A DNA stretch of 64,000 nucleotides from the human T2T-CHM13v2.0 reference genome, Homo sapiens. Position 1 is the stretch's first letter. Every line of letters starts with the position of its first letter. The translations under genes were made by a program, and so were the position numbers. The notes under the pieces are model-generated. The model made no database searches. It saw only the letters and a list, made by a program, of their open reading frames with translations, and was not told where the DNA came from. The DNA lies in the NCBI RefSeq assembly GCF_009914755.1, contig NC_060928.1. One strand, 5' to 3'. This document shows, in pieces, positions 23,918-38,008 of the stretch.

Positions 23918-25412
23918 GTTTTCTACTAGCCCCTTCTTAAAGGGTCTACCTCATATCCTTCTGATTTTGCCCCTATTTTGCCAGTCAACAAAGGGAATAG
24001 AAGTTTCTGTTGCATCTCCTTTTTATATTCTATAACGTAGACCAACCTTCCCCACAAAAAAGGAATGAGTTTTGAATATTACTATTCATTTCAAATTTCT
24101 TAAGGCCAAAACAATCTCATCAATCTTTTTGTTCTTCCAAATATGAGATAAGACTAAACTCTGTGATACTTGAGAAGTTTTCTAAAGTTGGATGAAAAGC
24201 CAAATGGCAGTAGTTATCATCTCCGATACCTTACAAAGCCAAAGGCACGTCAGTCTTAATGTTGCAAAAGGAGAGTCATAAAACTACAAAGGATGAGAAC
24301 GGTGGTCTAACGGAACAAAGAAAACTGTATAAATACCAGCACAACCATCAAGGTGTTGGTGATGAAATCGAATAAAGAGAAGACCAGATTCCTGAGCTTT
24401 TACTTTTGTGTTTACTTTTGTACTCAACAATATACTGGTACTCAGTACAGCTTGCCTGCAACTCTGCACACTTGGCATGAAGAAATGGCTTTCCTGAGAG
24501 GTTCCAAGAGGGGACAGGCCTACCTATGGTCTTGCGTAGTCTCGTTGGAACTATTAAATATACTCTTCTCAGCTATCACTTGGCTTTTACTTTTTTCCTT
24601 TTCTCATTCTCTGGCTTCAGCCTCCAATAATGTTGGTTGCTGCTGGAGCCACCAGCAATGCTACAGTAAGATAACCCACTGATGTTTCTCTCCTTAGTAG
24701 CACCTAAGGCCGAAGCTACATCGTGCCAAAGCCTGGCTGAGATTAATTGGCCTCTTTGTGCAAAAGCAATCATGCTGAGCTGAAGGATGTTAACACTATG
24801 AGTGTGTTAATATCCTCCATATGGATTGCTGTCTTGCGTTCTCACCAGAAATGAGGATATTGCTTTGCTCTATGTAGTATACGGATTGCAAAGCAGGCAG
24901 GGCCCACAAGTTTTACAGGGCTATTAATTAGCCATATCATAGGTTTTACTTGTTTTTCTCTCTTCTTTGAATTCTATTTCCATGAGTGCAACAGACACTC
25001 AAATTACTTCCAAATCCCGTAATTATAGTCATTTCTCCTGATTAACAAACAACTTTACAATTAGGCCAAGGCTGTGGGCTTGAACTTTCCTTCCTCAGAA
25101 TGTTTCTCAAGAAGTTCTTCCTGCAGTGGGCCAGTTTTCTAAAAGTCCATTTATTTCTGAATCCAAGTATAAGTAAGATGTAATGTACCACTTTGTACAT
25201 GAGAAGACATCATTTAGAAAGCTTGCTAACTTATCCAAGATCACAGAGATGTATGGCTGTAAAACCACACAGCCATAAAACTTCCCCTTTTCACTTTTGC
25301 TTTGATATTCACAGGATGTGCATGTAGCTAAGAGAATAACCTTCAGAAATACATCAGAAGTGCTAAGCAGTGGCCTTATGTTTCATTTTATTGTGAAAAG
25401 ACGTTGGTAATA

Positions 25413-25422
25413 GTCACGTGAC
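25413..25422. promoter_or_regulatory. Perfect palindromic E-box GTCACGTGAC (CLEAR/USF type)
   Basis: Exact motif; function not demonstrated. Confidence 0.4.
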
Positions 25423-25452
25423 AAGTGGCGGGGAAAAGATGTCCAAAGTCAA

Positions 25453-25556
25453 TGACTTAAGGAAATGGTCACTCCTGACAATGGCTGGAATAGTCACATG
25501 GCAACGGTGCTATGACATCAACCCATTCTGTCAAAGCATCACGTAAAAACTGAAAC
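25453..25556. repeat. Copy B of the duplicated non-coding module
   Basis: gtcactcctgacaatggct (25468-25486) ... catcac ... aactgaaac. Confidence 0.8.
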
Positions 25557-25724
25557 AGAGGTCCAGTTTGTAGGAATGAGAAGGGTGGGGGTGGGGGGAA
25601 TAAAAGAAAAGAGCCAATACTGCTTTACAAAATATACAATGTGAAGTACAACTCTATTGGGATTGTGAGAGAAGAGGCCTTCCAATTTGGAAAAATGTTC
25701 CTTTTTTCTCCTTAACAGTTTAGA

Positions 25725-26430
<706 letters not shown>

Positions 26431-27592
26431 TTTACATTCTGCTGACTCTGCTAATTGTCCTCCATTGTTAGAGGTATGCATATATCTTCCAAATACGCAG
26501 ATGTATGTTGTAAGTCCACGTTAATTTCTCAGTTATCCATTTGATAATATGAGGAAAAGAGTATGCCTGCAAGTGGCTGTACTGGGAAACATTAGAGAGA
26601 TCAGACCCGATTGCTTATTTCTGGCTGACATCATTATAGAACACTTAGAATGCCAGAAGTCCACTCTAACACACTGACTCTGCCATTCCAGCCTCTCCTT
26701 TTACCCTTTCTTCCCACCTCTGCACTTGTACCCAAAAGAAGTGGTATTTTAGAATGGTATTTCTAATTTAAGGCAACAGGAGGATGGATGAAAATAACCT
26801 TTGTGCCTAAGGGGTAGACTCTCTGGATAGTGGGTGGAGAGTCTAATGGCAGAATTTGGAAAGAAGCAATTTTATGAAGTAGCTATTACTAAGGAAACAG
26901 TATCAAAGTTAGGTAACCATCAAGCAAATCCCCAACCTTCTAAAACTTTTAAGTTCATGGGTGGTTTGCCTTGGGATGATAACTGAAAGCATATTTAATA
27001 TGCAGTTCAAAGTTGCTTCCCTCCTACCTTATAGATCCTTTGTTTCACCAATCCTTCAGAAAGTTTGATGTTCCCTTCAGCATTGAATGGTGCAGGTGTA
27101 AAGTATAAAGGGTCAAAAAAGCTATGACTGCTTCATATTCAATCTCCCACTACTACTTTCAGAGAAGGAGCAATGTTCCACCAGGGAGACCATGCCCATA
27201 CATTCTAGGCAGTGGCCTCAGTAGAATGGCAAGTAATGGTAGGAGAATTTCTGGGGAGACAGTCCAGCAGAGACATAAGTCCAAGCCACTGGTTTACAAA
27301 CAGGTGCAGCACCAGGCAAGGTGATCTCTGGAAGAGAGGAAGACTAATGCTTTTGTTTCATTGGTTTGTCTACTAATAGCGAGGTGGAATCATAGCTGTC
27401 ATAATCACTACAGCATTTGGGATTTGGAAAAGCAACAGGTTGTAACTGTGGGTATGAATGGAGCTTTATGAGTGAGCAAATGGATCAAATCAAGGGGCTC
27501 CGAATCAAGCCTGGCCTGACAGAACTTGCATTTCCTTCACAGCCACCAACAGAAGAGAAATCAACTTCTACATTTACTCTAAGGATGAAATA

Positions 27593-27609
27593 GTGTCATC
27601 TAGTGGCAG
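27593..27609 (-). promoter_or_regulatory. CTCF-like motif
   Basis: Minus strand CTGCCACTAGATGACAC, one mismatch to CCACYAGRKGGCRC. Confidence 0.35.
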
Positions 27610-27897
27610 CTGAAATTTGTTTGTTACTTCAAAATCATTGGATAAGTTAGGATTGTAATGCTAAGAAGTCTATACACTATTTCAGATAATATCAGAAACC
27701 TTATTTTTAAACTTCTATTTTTATATCATAATGAAGCAAGTAATTATCCCAATATTTTATAGTAAGGTTATTATCTTTCCCATTATATAGAGAATATCAC
27801 ATTATAGTCCTCTCTGCTCCCTGCCTCTCTCCAACAACAACAACAACAACAAACTCTCAGCTAGGTACCACTATAAATTTGACAATAGAGATTTTAG

Positions 27898-28179
27898 GGC
27901 CAGGTGCAGTACCTCATATCTGTAATCCCAGCTCAGGAGGCTGAGGTGGGAGAACCGCTAGTAGACAAGAGTTCCAGACCAGCCTGGGCAGCATAGCAAG
28001 ATCCTGTCTCTAACAAAAGAAAAAAACAGCCAGATGTGGTATTGTGTGCCTGTAGTCCTCGCTACTCGAGAGACTGAGGCAGGAGGATCCTTTGAGCCTA
28101 GGTGATTGAAGCTACAGTGAGCTATGACTGCATCACTGCACTCCAACCTGGGTGACAGAGCAAGAACCTGTCTCTAAAA
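27898..28179 (+). mobile_element. AluJ
   Basis: Diverged dimer. Confidence 0.9.
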
Positions 28180-28188
28180 TCCTCTTTT

Positions 28189-28477
28189 TTTTTTTTTTTT
28201 GAGATGGAGTGTTGCTGTCACCCAGGCTGGAGTGCAGTGATGCAATCTCACTGCAAGCTCCAGCTCCAGAGTTCAAGCGATTCTCCTGCCTCAGCCTCCC
28301 GAGTAGCTGGAATTACAGGCACCTGCCACCATGCCCGGCTAACTTTTTGTATTTTTAGTAGAGACGAGGTTTCACCATGTTGGCCAGGATGGTCTCGAAC
28401 TCCTGACCTCGTTATCTGCCTTCCTCAGCCTCCCAAAGTGCTGGGATTACAGGTGTGAGCCACAGTGCCAGCCAGCC
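28189..28477 (-). mobile_element. AluS inserted in the tail of the AluJ
   Basis: 15-bp TSD ctaaaatcctctttt at 28174-28188 and 28478-28492, followed by AA (TTTT/AA). Confidence 0.95.
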
Positions 28478-28967
28478 CTAAAATCCTCTTTTAATATCTT
28501 GATAACTATGAGACTGTAAGATGATTGTAGTTTATTATCATGCCAATGTGCTATTTTAAGCCAAGCCTTGAAAACCATGTCAGTCTCCTTATACCCTAAG
28601 ATTATCTTTTTATTTCCCTACATGTAGTAAACCTATATGTGATGTTGGTTAAAAATCAAGTCAATTAAATTTAAAGTCTACATATTTGCCGACTCAATGA
28701 GTATGCTCTATATTCAGAGCTAGCTACCCAAACATCGCCAACATAACGTGTTGAAAAGACATGGAATTCTATGCACTGACTATGGCGCACCCTTCTGCTG
28801 TGTGATTCTAGCCCTGTACATGATCTTTAGCTGTTTTGCCTTTTTAAAATTGTAGATCTGATAGATAACATAAAATTTTTCCTGTGTGGTAAAGACTTAA
28901 CTGACTTATCCCCTTCTCCCAAAACAGTTTTTGCCTTCATTTGAAATTCATTTAAATATTCATTTAT

Positions 28968-29379
<412 letters not shown>

Positions 29380-31788
29380 TCATATATGTGTAAAATGCTT
29401 CTAACTGGGGAAATGACATATTGATTGAAAAAGAAATCTCTCAAAATTTAACCATGTTTTCATGAACTGGAGAGACAAGTCCCTTTATGTAACTAAAACG
29501 GCCATACTAAAATGCTCTAGCAATGAAAGAGTTAGAGAATACTTATAAATTAATCCCTAAGGATCTTTCCTCATGATCTCCCTCTATATTTCAACTTTAA
29601 AATAAATTATTATTTAATGTAGAGGTTTGAAAACCTAAATATAATCATCTCCTTAGCATTAATTTATCAAACAGAAGGTTAACATTTTTAACATTCATTT
29701 AACAAAGCAATTTATCTGAGTGGCAAATATTAGACATTTATTGAATTACTTGCTTATTTACTTAGGTACTGAGGCCACACTGTCCTTTTGAGAATTTTTT
29801 TTTACATTTCAATATTAATTTCTCCAGAAGCAAATTTGGGTGAGCTGCTTTCTTATTTCTCTTTCATTCCCCTAAGAAAAACAAAAGTAAAATATAGTGG
29901 TGGGGTCAGGATGGCATAGGTACAGGGTAATGTGGAAGGTCACATGTAAGAAAATATAACATAATTTTATTAATTTAACCTGTTCTGCTCCTTGAAAAAA
30001 TTCTAGGTTATAAAATCCATTGCTTGCCATCCAGAGAAACACCATGCAACACTTACTGCTTCAATATTTCATAAAATATATATTTAGGGGTTTTTCTTTT
30101 TTTTTTTTTTCTTTTTGGCAAGATGGCTATGAATTGGGAATACAATAACACAAAGGAAATCCTCTGAGATTTACAACTGCTTCTAAAAAGCTATGAAAAT
30201 TTGCTCACTCTTTGAACAGGATTTTATGAAGGCTAGGTTTTTACCTATCATTGTTTATGATCTTACACTTTTTAAAACAGGTGAAAACTACCCTTCAACC
30301 CGGTGTCACTAAAAGATTAAAAGTTTGGATGAAGAATTAGTGCTGGCAAGCATCCTTAAAACAAAGAAATAAAAACCAGTGTCTTGGGGCACAAAGTCTT
30401 CTGAAATATCTTCAGCAAATTGCTTCATGTGGGACTCCCGTTCATAGCAACATATTGCCTTGTTTCATAGCAAAATGGCCTAAGTCATATTTTCTAGAAC
30501 CAGATATCTGAACTTTGCTTTATTTTTAGTTTGGCTTAGTCTTTTGCATGGTTTCAGTCTATTGTATGTACTTCTTCCATTCTATTTATAAGGCTTTGAG
30601 AAATTTTATTTAAATGCACAGACAGTAGTATATACATACACACACATATATGAATCGAATGCCCATAATGGAGAGTTTTAGATTTAGGGAGTCAGAATGT
30701 CTATCTCAAATAAATGTTGTATGTTCCTTATACCAAAAAATATTTCCATATGGGATATACATGCTAAAAATAAATTATTATTTAATATCAGTCTGATAAA
30801 ATTCATGATATAAGCTCAGGTGGCTGTCCAAATAAACAAGAGTAATTAATTTTGCCATTATTTCTATTAACTCCCAATATTTAATACTAATATATGTTCA
30901 AATAGCGTTTTTCATGTTTTTTAAAAAAGTAGTTTCATAATTTTTTTTCAGTCTGATGCACTAATTGTATACTATTGGGATATTTGAATACTAACTGGGG
31001 AAAATTAGTTCTTTGTGAAGGTCAAAAAATAACTATTGAGATAAAATTTGTATACAGTGAAGTGTGGTTTTGGCATAAATGTGATGATGGTGGATTCAAA
31101 TCACAGCAGCTGAGACCATCTATGCTTTATGATCCCCACAGCTGGAAATGAGTAGTACATTCCGAAGGTCATGACAGAGAGACTGGGGTGGGGGCAGAGA
31201 GAGAGAGTAGATGAATACATAGACAGATGGCTTTGAAACACCAAGATTCATAAGCATTCCTGTGTCACACTTTTAGATAAATTCAGATGCTTTCTTATGA
31301 TGTGGTAGTAAACGTTTAACAACCTGCTCTCTAAAAAAAACAATGTATGCGTATATGTATGTAAACAAATTTATTATAAATTTTAATGATATAAAATATG
31401 TCCCACACAATTTATGTATGATAATATAATACATTATCTTCTTTATTTTATATTCCATATAGCAAAGTGATTTTCACAGAATACTTTCATTAATATTTGC
31501 CAAACTCTTGTATTTGTATTGAAATTATGGTTGCAATTGACATTAATGTTGATTTTTTTATGTTAATGAGTAAGACAACAAAGAAACAATGAAGGCATAT
31601 ATAGAAACTTCACTCATTCACCATTGGCCTGAACAACTTATTAGCAGGATTGAATAACAGTTTTTGAATATTAAAAGAATAATTCCTCAGTTTTTGTGCG
31701 ATTTCTAATGTAACAGTAATAGACACAACAAACTTTAAAGTTAAATTGCATTATTAATAGTTTCTCCATCATTTTCTTAAGTTTATAC

Positions 31789-32014
31789 CAGAGACTGCCG
31801 AACTATTATAGCCTTAAGTTGAATACAGCTTGCCTCCTGTTTTTGTAAATAAAGTTTTTTTTGGAACACAGCCACATCCATTCATTTATGTATTGGCTAT
31901 GACAGCTTTCACACTGTCATAACAAATTTGAGTAGTTGTGACAGAGACCATATAGCTCTAAAGTCCAAAATATTGAGTATCTGGCTCCTAACAGAAAAAG
32001 TTTTCTGACTCCTG
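31789..32014. mobile_element. MER58A
   Basis: cctgtttttgtaaataaagttt..ggaacacagccac...gagtagttgtgacagagaccatat. Confidence 0.85.
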
Positions 32015-32021
32015 AAGTAAA

Positions 32022-32232
32022 CCAGCATTTACCAATAAAACTTTCTGGTATAATGAAAATGTTCTTTACCTGCTCTGTTTGATACAGTAACCACTTAGCT
32101 ACATGAGACTGTTGAGTACTTGAACTATTAAGTACTATCATTGAAGAGCTGAATTTTTAATGTTATTTCATTTTAATTACTTTAAATTTAAATAGCCATG
32201 TTTTGCTAGTAGCTACTTTATGAAGCAGGGTA
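32022..32232. mobile_element. MER3-like MITE
   Basis: ccaataaaactttctg..aatgaaaatgttct...tttaaatttaaatagcca...gctagtagctac. Confidence 0.8.
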
Positions 32233-32304
32233 GGTCGAGACAGTTAACAACACGACAAATCATACCCTGATTTCTCACATTTGCTGAATTTCAAGGTGTA
32301 AATA

Positions 32305-32743
32305 TGAAGTCCTAATAAGGGAAAAGGAGTCAGGCTGGTGGGACCAAGGGAAAGGAAAGAGAAAGCAGATAAGTTATAAGCCTACCTTTCTTCATGATTC
32401 AGGATGCATAGCCCTCCTGCACAAACAACTCACAACCTTTCTGTGCCCAGCTATCACTAGACCCTCAGCTGCTGGAAAAATGCAAGTTAGCTCACTGCAA
32501 CCTTGATATTACAAATACTGCACAAAGCCCTTCTCAGTACACAGCACAAGCACCATTGTATAAAATCTCCAGCAAATTTTGACTCCTTGAAGTCAGCTCC
32601 TCTATTGCTGGTCTGCCCATTGCACGTTTGCGAAGTATTTTCATACCTTCTCCAATAAATCTGCCTTTTTATCTACAACTGTCTTGGTAACTTCTTCTTA
32701 CCCTAATGCCACTGGCCTAGATAGTCATTGATTACCCATGATA
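32305..32743 (+). mobile_element. ERV1/MER4-group solo LTR (LTR23-like, name uncertain)
   Basis: tgaagtcctaataagggaaaaggagtcaggctgg; TATA-like gtataaaa and AATAAA in order; gtaaata on both flanks. Confidence 0.75.
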
Positions 32744-34348
32744 GTAAATACATCCACTATGGCCAATTTCAAGCTATCAATGTGACATCACTGAACAAGT
32801 TAGGAAGAAATGTACATTATTATACAGTATTTGTACCATACAGTTACAATAAACATAAATAACCTCAAAAGCATAGATAAAACACTAGTAAATAATTAAG
32901 AAGTGATACATTTTGAGTATTTATTACTTCGATTTTTAATTTAATTAATTTAATTATACATTTATATAATTTAATTTTAAGAATAGATGTGTTTAATAAT
33001 GAATAGCAAAATTCCTAAAAAATGTTAACAGTTTTCTCTCAAACCAGTGCAGTCTGGCTTCAGCAGATGACTGAGTGAAAACACCATGCTTTTTATTACT
33101 ATACATAAAATCAATTGAACTAAAAAAAAAGGTAAGTGAAAGAGAAAATCAAAAGGGTGCATTAGTCTGAAACTCAGTTTGTGAAAATGGATATACTGTC
33201 AAAGGCAAGGCATTTTTAGTTGTACAAAGAGAACAGTGTCACAGAAACTAACAGAGTAGGGATTTTTTACAGAGTCAGTGGATTCTAAGGGAATTTCAAA
33301 GAGGATCCCTCTCAATTAATATGCAAAATTTATGTAAAGATATAAAAACATTTTCCCGGGAATAAATTAACATTCAGGGAGGTTGGGGAATTTTGTTTTT
33401 GAAAATTTGAATATTAAACTTGTTGAGTCTCAGTCACAAATTCAATAAGCACATTTGTGGCTTAAATATAATGAGTGTAAAGCTAAAACCATAAATCTTT
33501 GGATCCCAAATCTGAAATAGGTAAGAGTAGATGAGAATTAGCCTAAGCTGAAAAATGGAACCTAAATGTCTCATATGAGGCTAGGCAGGAGCCAAGATCA
33601 TCACTTTGAAACTATTTGAAGAAAAAAAATTCATAAATTGAAATATGGTACTGAGAGTCATACAGAATTCAGCACAAAGGGACAAAGAGATTAAAACTAT
33701 GAAAAGACAAGTGATATACATTTATGGGTAGAATTAACAACTCTCATATAGGTTCAATTAAAATTTTAGAAGTGAAAAATAGAATAAATATTCAAATAAT
33801 GATGGAGAATTTTTACAACTGAAGATCTGGACTGATATTTGCAATGGGTATATCTAACACATAAACACCCTGAATATTTTAAAACCTAAAAAATCAATAT
33901 GGAAAAGTTAAATATAGAAAAAAAAGGTAGTGAACAATTTATAAACTTAAAAAGATGTGTCATTCCAACAATTTCAGAAAGCACAAATTTAAATCATGTA
34001 GAGATATTACTATACATTCATTAGATTGAAAAAAGTATAAAACTCTGATGTTGATGATATGGAGCAGGAAAAGAGTTTCACTACTTTTTGCAATAGAGAA
34101 AAGTTCACACACTTATATGTTCATCAATAGGTAAATAATGATGATGCTATATTTTATATTCCTAATATAAGATATATATCATATAAATATATATACTTAT
34201 ATGTACCAATATTATAAAATTTTAAAATAAATGACAGAAAATAAAGCAAATTTAGAAAGTATATTTATCTGTTAGATTAGCTACATCTGGTTAAAATGAG
34301 AGAGTAATCAAATGACAAGAGAAAAAAGGAGAACTTCACTACCTATAA

Positions 34349-34647
<299 letters not shown>

Positions 34648-34793
34648 AATTTTTTTTTTTTCAAAGACAACACAAATATGACAAAAACAAAATTTATTAA
34701 CTATAGATATTTATTGCATTATTGTATGTACTTTCCTGTTTAAATATTTTACAATTTAAAAACAATTTTAAGAATTCTATCAATATTGATCCT

Positions 34794-35099
34794 CTGGGCA
34801 CAGTGGCTCATGCCTGTAATCCCAACACTTTCAGAGGCTGAGGCGGGCAGATTGCTTGAGGTCAGGATTTCGAGACCAGCCTGGCCAGCATAGTGAAACC
34901 CTGTCTCTACTAAAAATACAAAAAATTAGCTGGACGTGGTGGCACATGCCTGTAATCCTAGCTACTCAGGAGGCTAAGACAGGAGAATCACTTGAACCCT
35001 GGAGGCAGAGGTTGTGATGAGCCAAGAACATGCCACTACACTCTAGCCTGGGCAACAGAGTGACACTCTGTCTCAAAATAATAATAATAATAATAAATA
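34794..35099 (+). mobile_element. AluS
   Basis: Full dimer; flanked by aagaattctatcaatattgatc. Confidence 0.95.
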
Positions 35100-35215
35100 A
35101 AGAATTCTATCAATATTGATCTAGAGAAAAAATATCAAATTTTCTGCAATTATTAAAAAAATAAAAGAATTCTATCAATATTGATCTAGAGAAAAAATCT
35201 CAATTTTCTGCAAAA
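35097..35215. repeat. Tandem duplication with ~65-bp period
   Basis: aagaattctatcaatattgatctagagaaaaaat...ttttctgcaa twice. Confidence 0.9.
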
Positions 35216-36159
35216 ATTATTGGTTAATTTAAGCCATTTTTATACCTCAAGAAGACCAAAGAGTAATAACCTCTAATATATTTCTTAATAGAAATAACAA
35301 TATTTTGATATATTTAAATATATCTACCTTAATCATCAATATTGTGGCAATAGATTATATATCTATTTAAAACTATTTCAATTTTTAAGTGTTTTTACAT
35401 AAAGTACATTTTTAAGTATTTAGTTCACTATTTACTGCACATTAGTTTAAGTTTTTTTTTCTGTTATACTTGTTTCTGCTCTCTTACCATTTTTACATTA
35501 AAAAAAAGTGTGAGAGGGCTTTTCAATTAGGTGAATCTAAAGTCTTTTTGGCTAAATTTTTCTAAAATTTTAGTTTAAGAAGTTTTTTTCTTGTTGATTT
35601 CTCATCCAGAATACATATTAAAAGGGCATTTGCCACATTAAATTGCATTGAACTTCCTTTTCAAAGCCATTGTACTCATAGAACATGTCTATCTATCCTT
35701 GAAGATGAATTTGACTGGAGTCATTTGGCTTCCCTAATCGCTCTGCTTTTAAATTTAATCATGAAGAACTCCGGGTACTCAGTGCTAAGAACTAATGATT
35801 GCCCTGAAAATGTCAGTCAGCCTAAGTGACTGACAATTTTTTCTTTGTGAGGTGAGTATATGACATTAAATACTGGTTGAATAAAAGAATAAAAAATCAG
35901 AGTAAAGAGATCTTTGTTTTATAAATTAGGTATATTGTTCCTCTAGATCTAATCTAACTATAGTTGTGATTATTTAAATCTGTTCAAAAGGAATGAACTA
36001 AATTCTGGTAAAGGAATAAGAGTCCTGAACTGGGAGACCGGGATCACTCTATCAAAATCTGCTGCTAATATGACTGGAGATTTAAACACCTTCATCTTTA
36101 AATTATGAGTGCACAACTAGATAATTTCAGTTGTCTCATTCAATTTTATGTTTCTTTCT

Positions 36160-36451
36160 TTTTCCTTTTTCTTTTTTTTCTTTTTTTTTTTTGAGACGGA
36201 GTCTCACTCTTGTCACCCAGGCTAAAGTGCAGTGGCGCAATCTCCGCCTTCTGGGTTCACGCCATTCTCCTGCCTCAGCCTGCCGAGGACCTGGAAGTAC
36301 AGGTGCCCGCCACCACGCCCAGCTCATCTTGTATTTTAGTAGGAACGGGGTTTCACCACCACGCTGCCGTCAAACTCCTGACTTCAGGTGATCCGCCCAC
36401 CTCGGCCTTCCAAAGTGCTGGGATTACGGGAGTGAAACACCGCGCCCGGCC
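36160..36451 (-). mobile_element. AluS, CpG-rich but otherwise diverged
   Basis: Antisense dimer with internal deletions. Confidence 0.93.
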
Positions 36452-36659
36452 GGTTTTTTGTTTCTTAACTGGAGAGCTGGAGCCATTATGAGCAAAATAA
36501 ACATAAAAGATTTTTTCCGTCCAACCGATGGACTAAGCTAGACGTTGTATCTTCAGCATTTTCTCTTCATGTACACCATTGACTATTCAGCACTATACCT
36601 AGCAAATATCAGTCATAAATGAAAACTATAGTCTGTTTTCACAGAAATGTTTCTTGTGA

Positions 36660-37330
36660 TTTTCCCTCTTCGCTATTCTTATTTTCATTGTCTTAACTCA
36701 GGTCATCAGCATCTTTTCCCATGAACTACTGAATTTTTCTCCTAACAGACCATGTTCTTCATCTTCCTGCATCCCATGTATCTCCAATGTTTCCAAGGTG
36801 TCTTTCTTGATGAAAAAGCACTGATTTTATAAACTTCAATCTCTTCCTTTGGTTTAGAGGTTAAAGCCTAACCCATATATAGAATTCTGCATCTTTCCCA
36901 ATCAAGTTTTCTTATTTTTCTAGTACAGTCTTTTGCCAATTTCCATCTTCCTTCTTATCTTTGGATTCACATCCCCAACTCCGGAGAAGGCAAAAACATC
37001 AAATTTATTTACATCAATCGTTTATTTTTTCCCACTTTATGCTTTTGGCAATGCTGCTCCTGCTGCATAGTATACACTTTCCCCTTTTTATCAGGTGAAA
37101 TTCTACCTATTTATAAGTCCCTGCTCAAATACTAATCATATTGAAAGCTTCTCTGAATACCTTGGAAGAAAAAGTTCTGCCTCCCTCATCTGAAATCATC
37201 TCATAGCACTTTTATGTAACCCTATTTTAGTACTTAACACATTGAGTTATATTTAGTTATTGCCCTTATACTTTCTCTGGTAGATTATGTGCTAATTTCT
37301 TTCTTTCTTTATCCATCTATCCATCAAGAA
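36660..37330 (+). mobile_element. L2 fragment
   Basis: tcaggtcatcagcatc...aacttcaat...ctcaaatact...atagcactt. Confidence 0.5.
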
Positions 37331-38008
37331 TTTATTGAAGACCTGCTATTCATCAGATACTTTGTTAGAATATAGGGGACGGAGTTGTAAGAACTGATTT
37401 TAGCTTTAACAAGTTTATTCTTTATATGGAAATCCAACATTTAAGTTAATTTTAATTTACAATATAGAATATTGAGTGCTGTGGTAGGTACTCGTCTCTG
37501 CAGAGAATATTTTGGAAAAAAGGAGCATTAAAATCTACTGCATAGGAAGGTAAGAATTAGGCCCAGGGACTTTCTCTGGTTGAGGTCGACCATTCATTTA
37601 TTAACTATTTAGAGTGGAGTATAATTAATTCTCGATAGATGTCATTAAATACACTTTGTTTCGAGTACGTCGAGGCTTATTCTCTCTAGTGTGTTGGATA
37701 AAGGCCACAGGTAGTGAAGATATTTCAGAGATGTGAAGAATCCAGTAGGAATGACAACATCCAGCACTTCCATTCAACCAGATCCCACAGGGAAAATGTC
37801 AGTTTTGTGAAGGCAGATACATTAACCACATACAACTCGATTAATATAAACAAATAATCTTATCCATTGAGCTCTCCCACAGACCTTCTTGGGCCCAATC
37901 AGACAATAATGAAGTGCAGGCGAGACAGCATTCTGCACTCACATTCCAGGCACTGGTTCAAGTCCCTCCTCCAGGTCCCTCAAGAAAGAGACAGGATGAC
38001 TGACTTAC

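Larger units (their letters stand above)
31285..33073. mobile_element. MER63-like hAT element hosting nested insertions
   Basis: ggtagtaaacgtttaacaacctgctct at left; aaaattcct...aacagttttctctcaaaccagtgcagtctggcttcagcagatgactg at right. Confidence 0.6.

Noticed and set aside
24328-24335. TATAAATA box
   Set aside because: Common by chance in AT-rich DNA; no supporting exon structure seen
24359-24395. C-box GTGATGA and D-box CTGA (snoRNA-like)
   Set aside because: Only ~37 nt, too short, with no convincing terminal stem
23813-25556. Twin modules as paralogous miRNAs or coding exons
   Set aside because: No pre-miRNA-length stem, no match to a miRNA I know, no shared open frame
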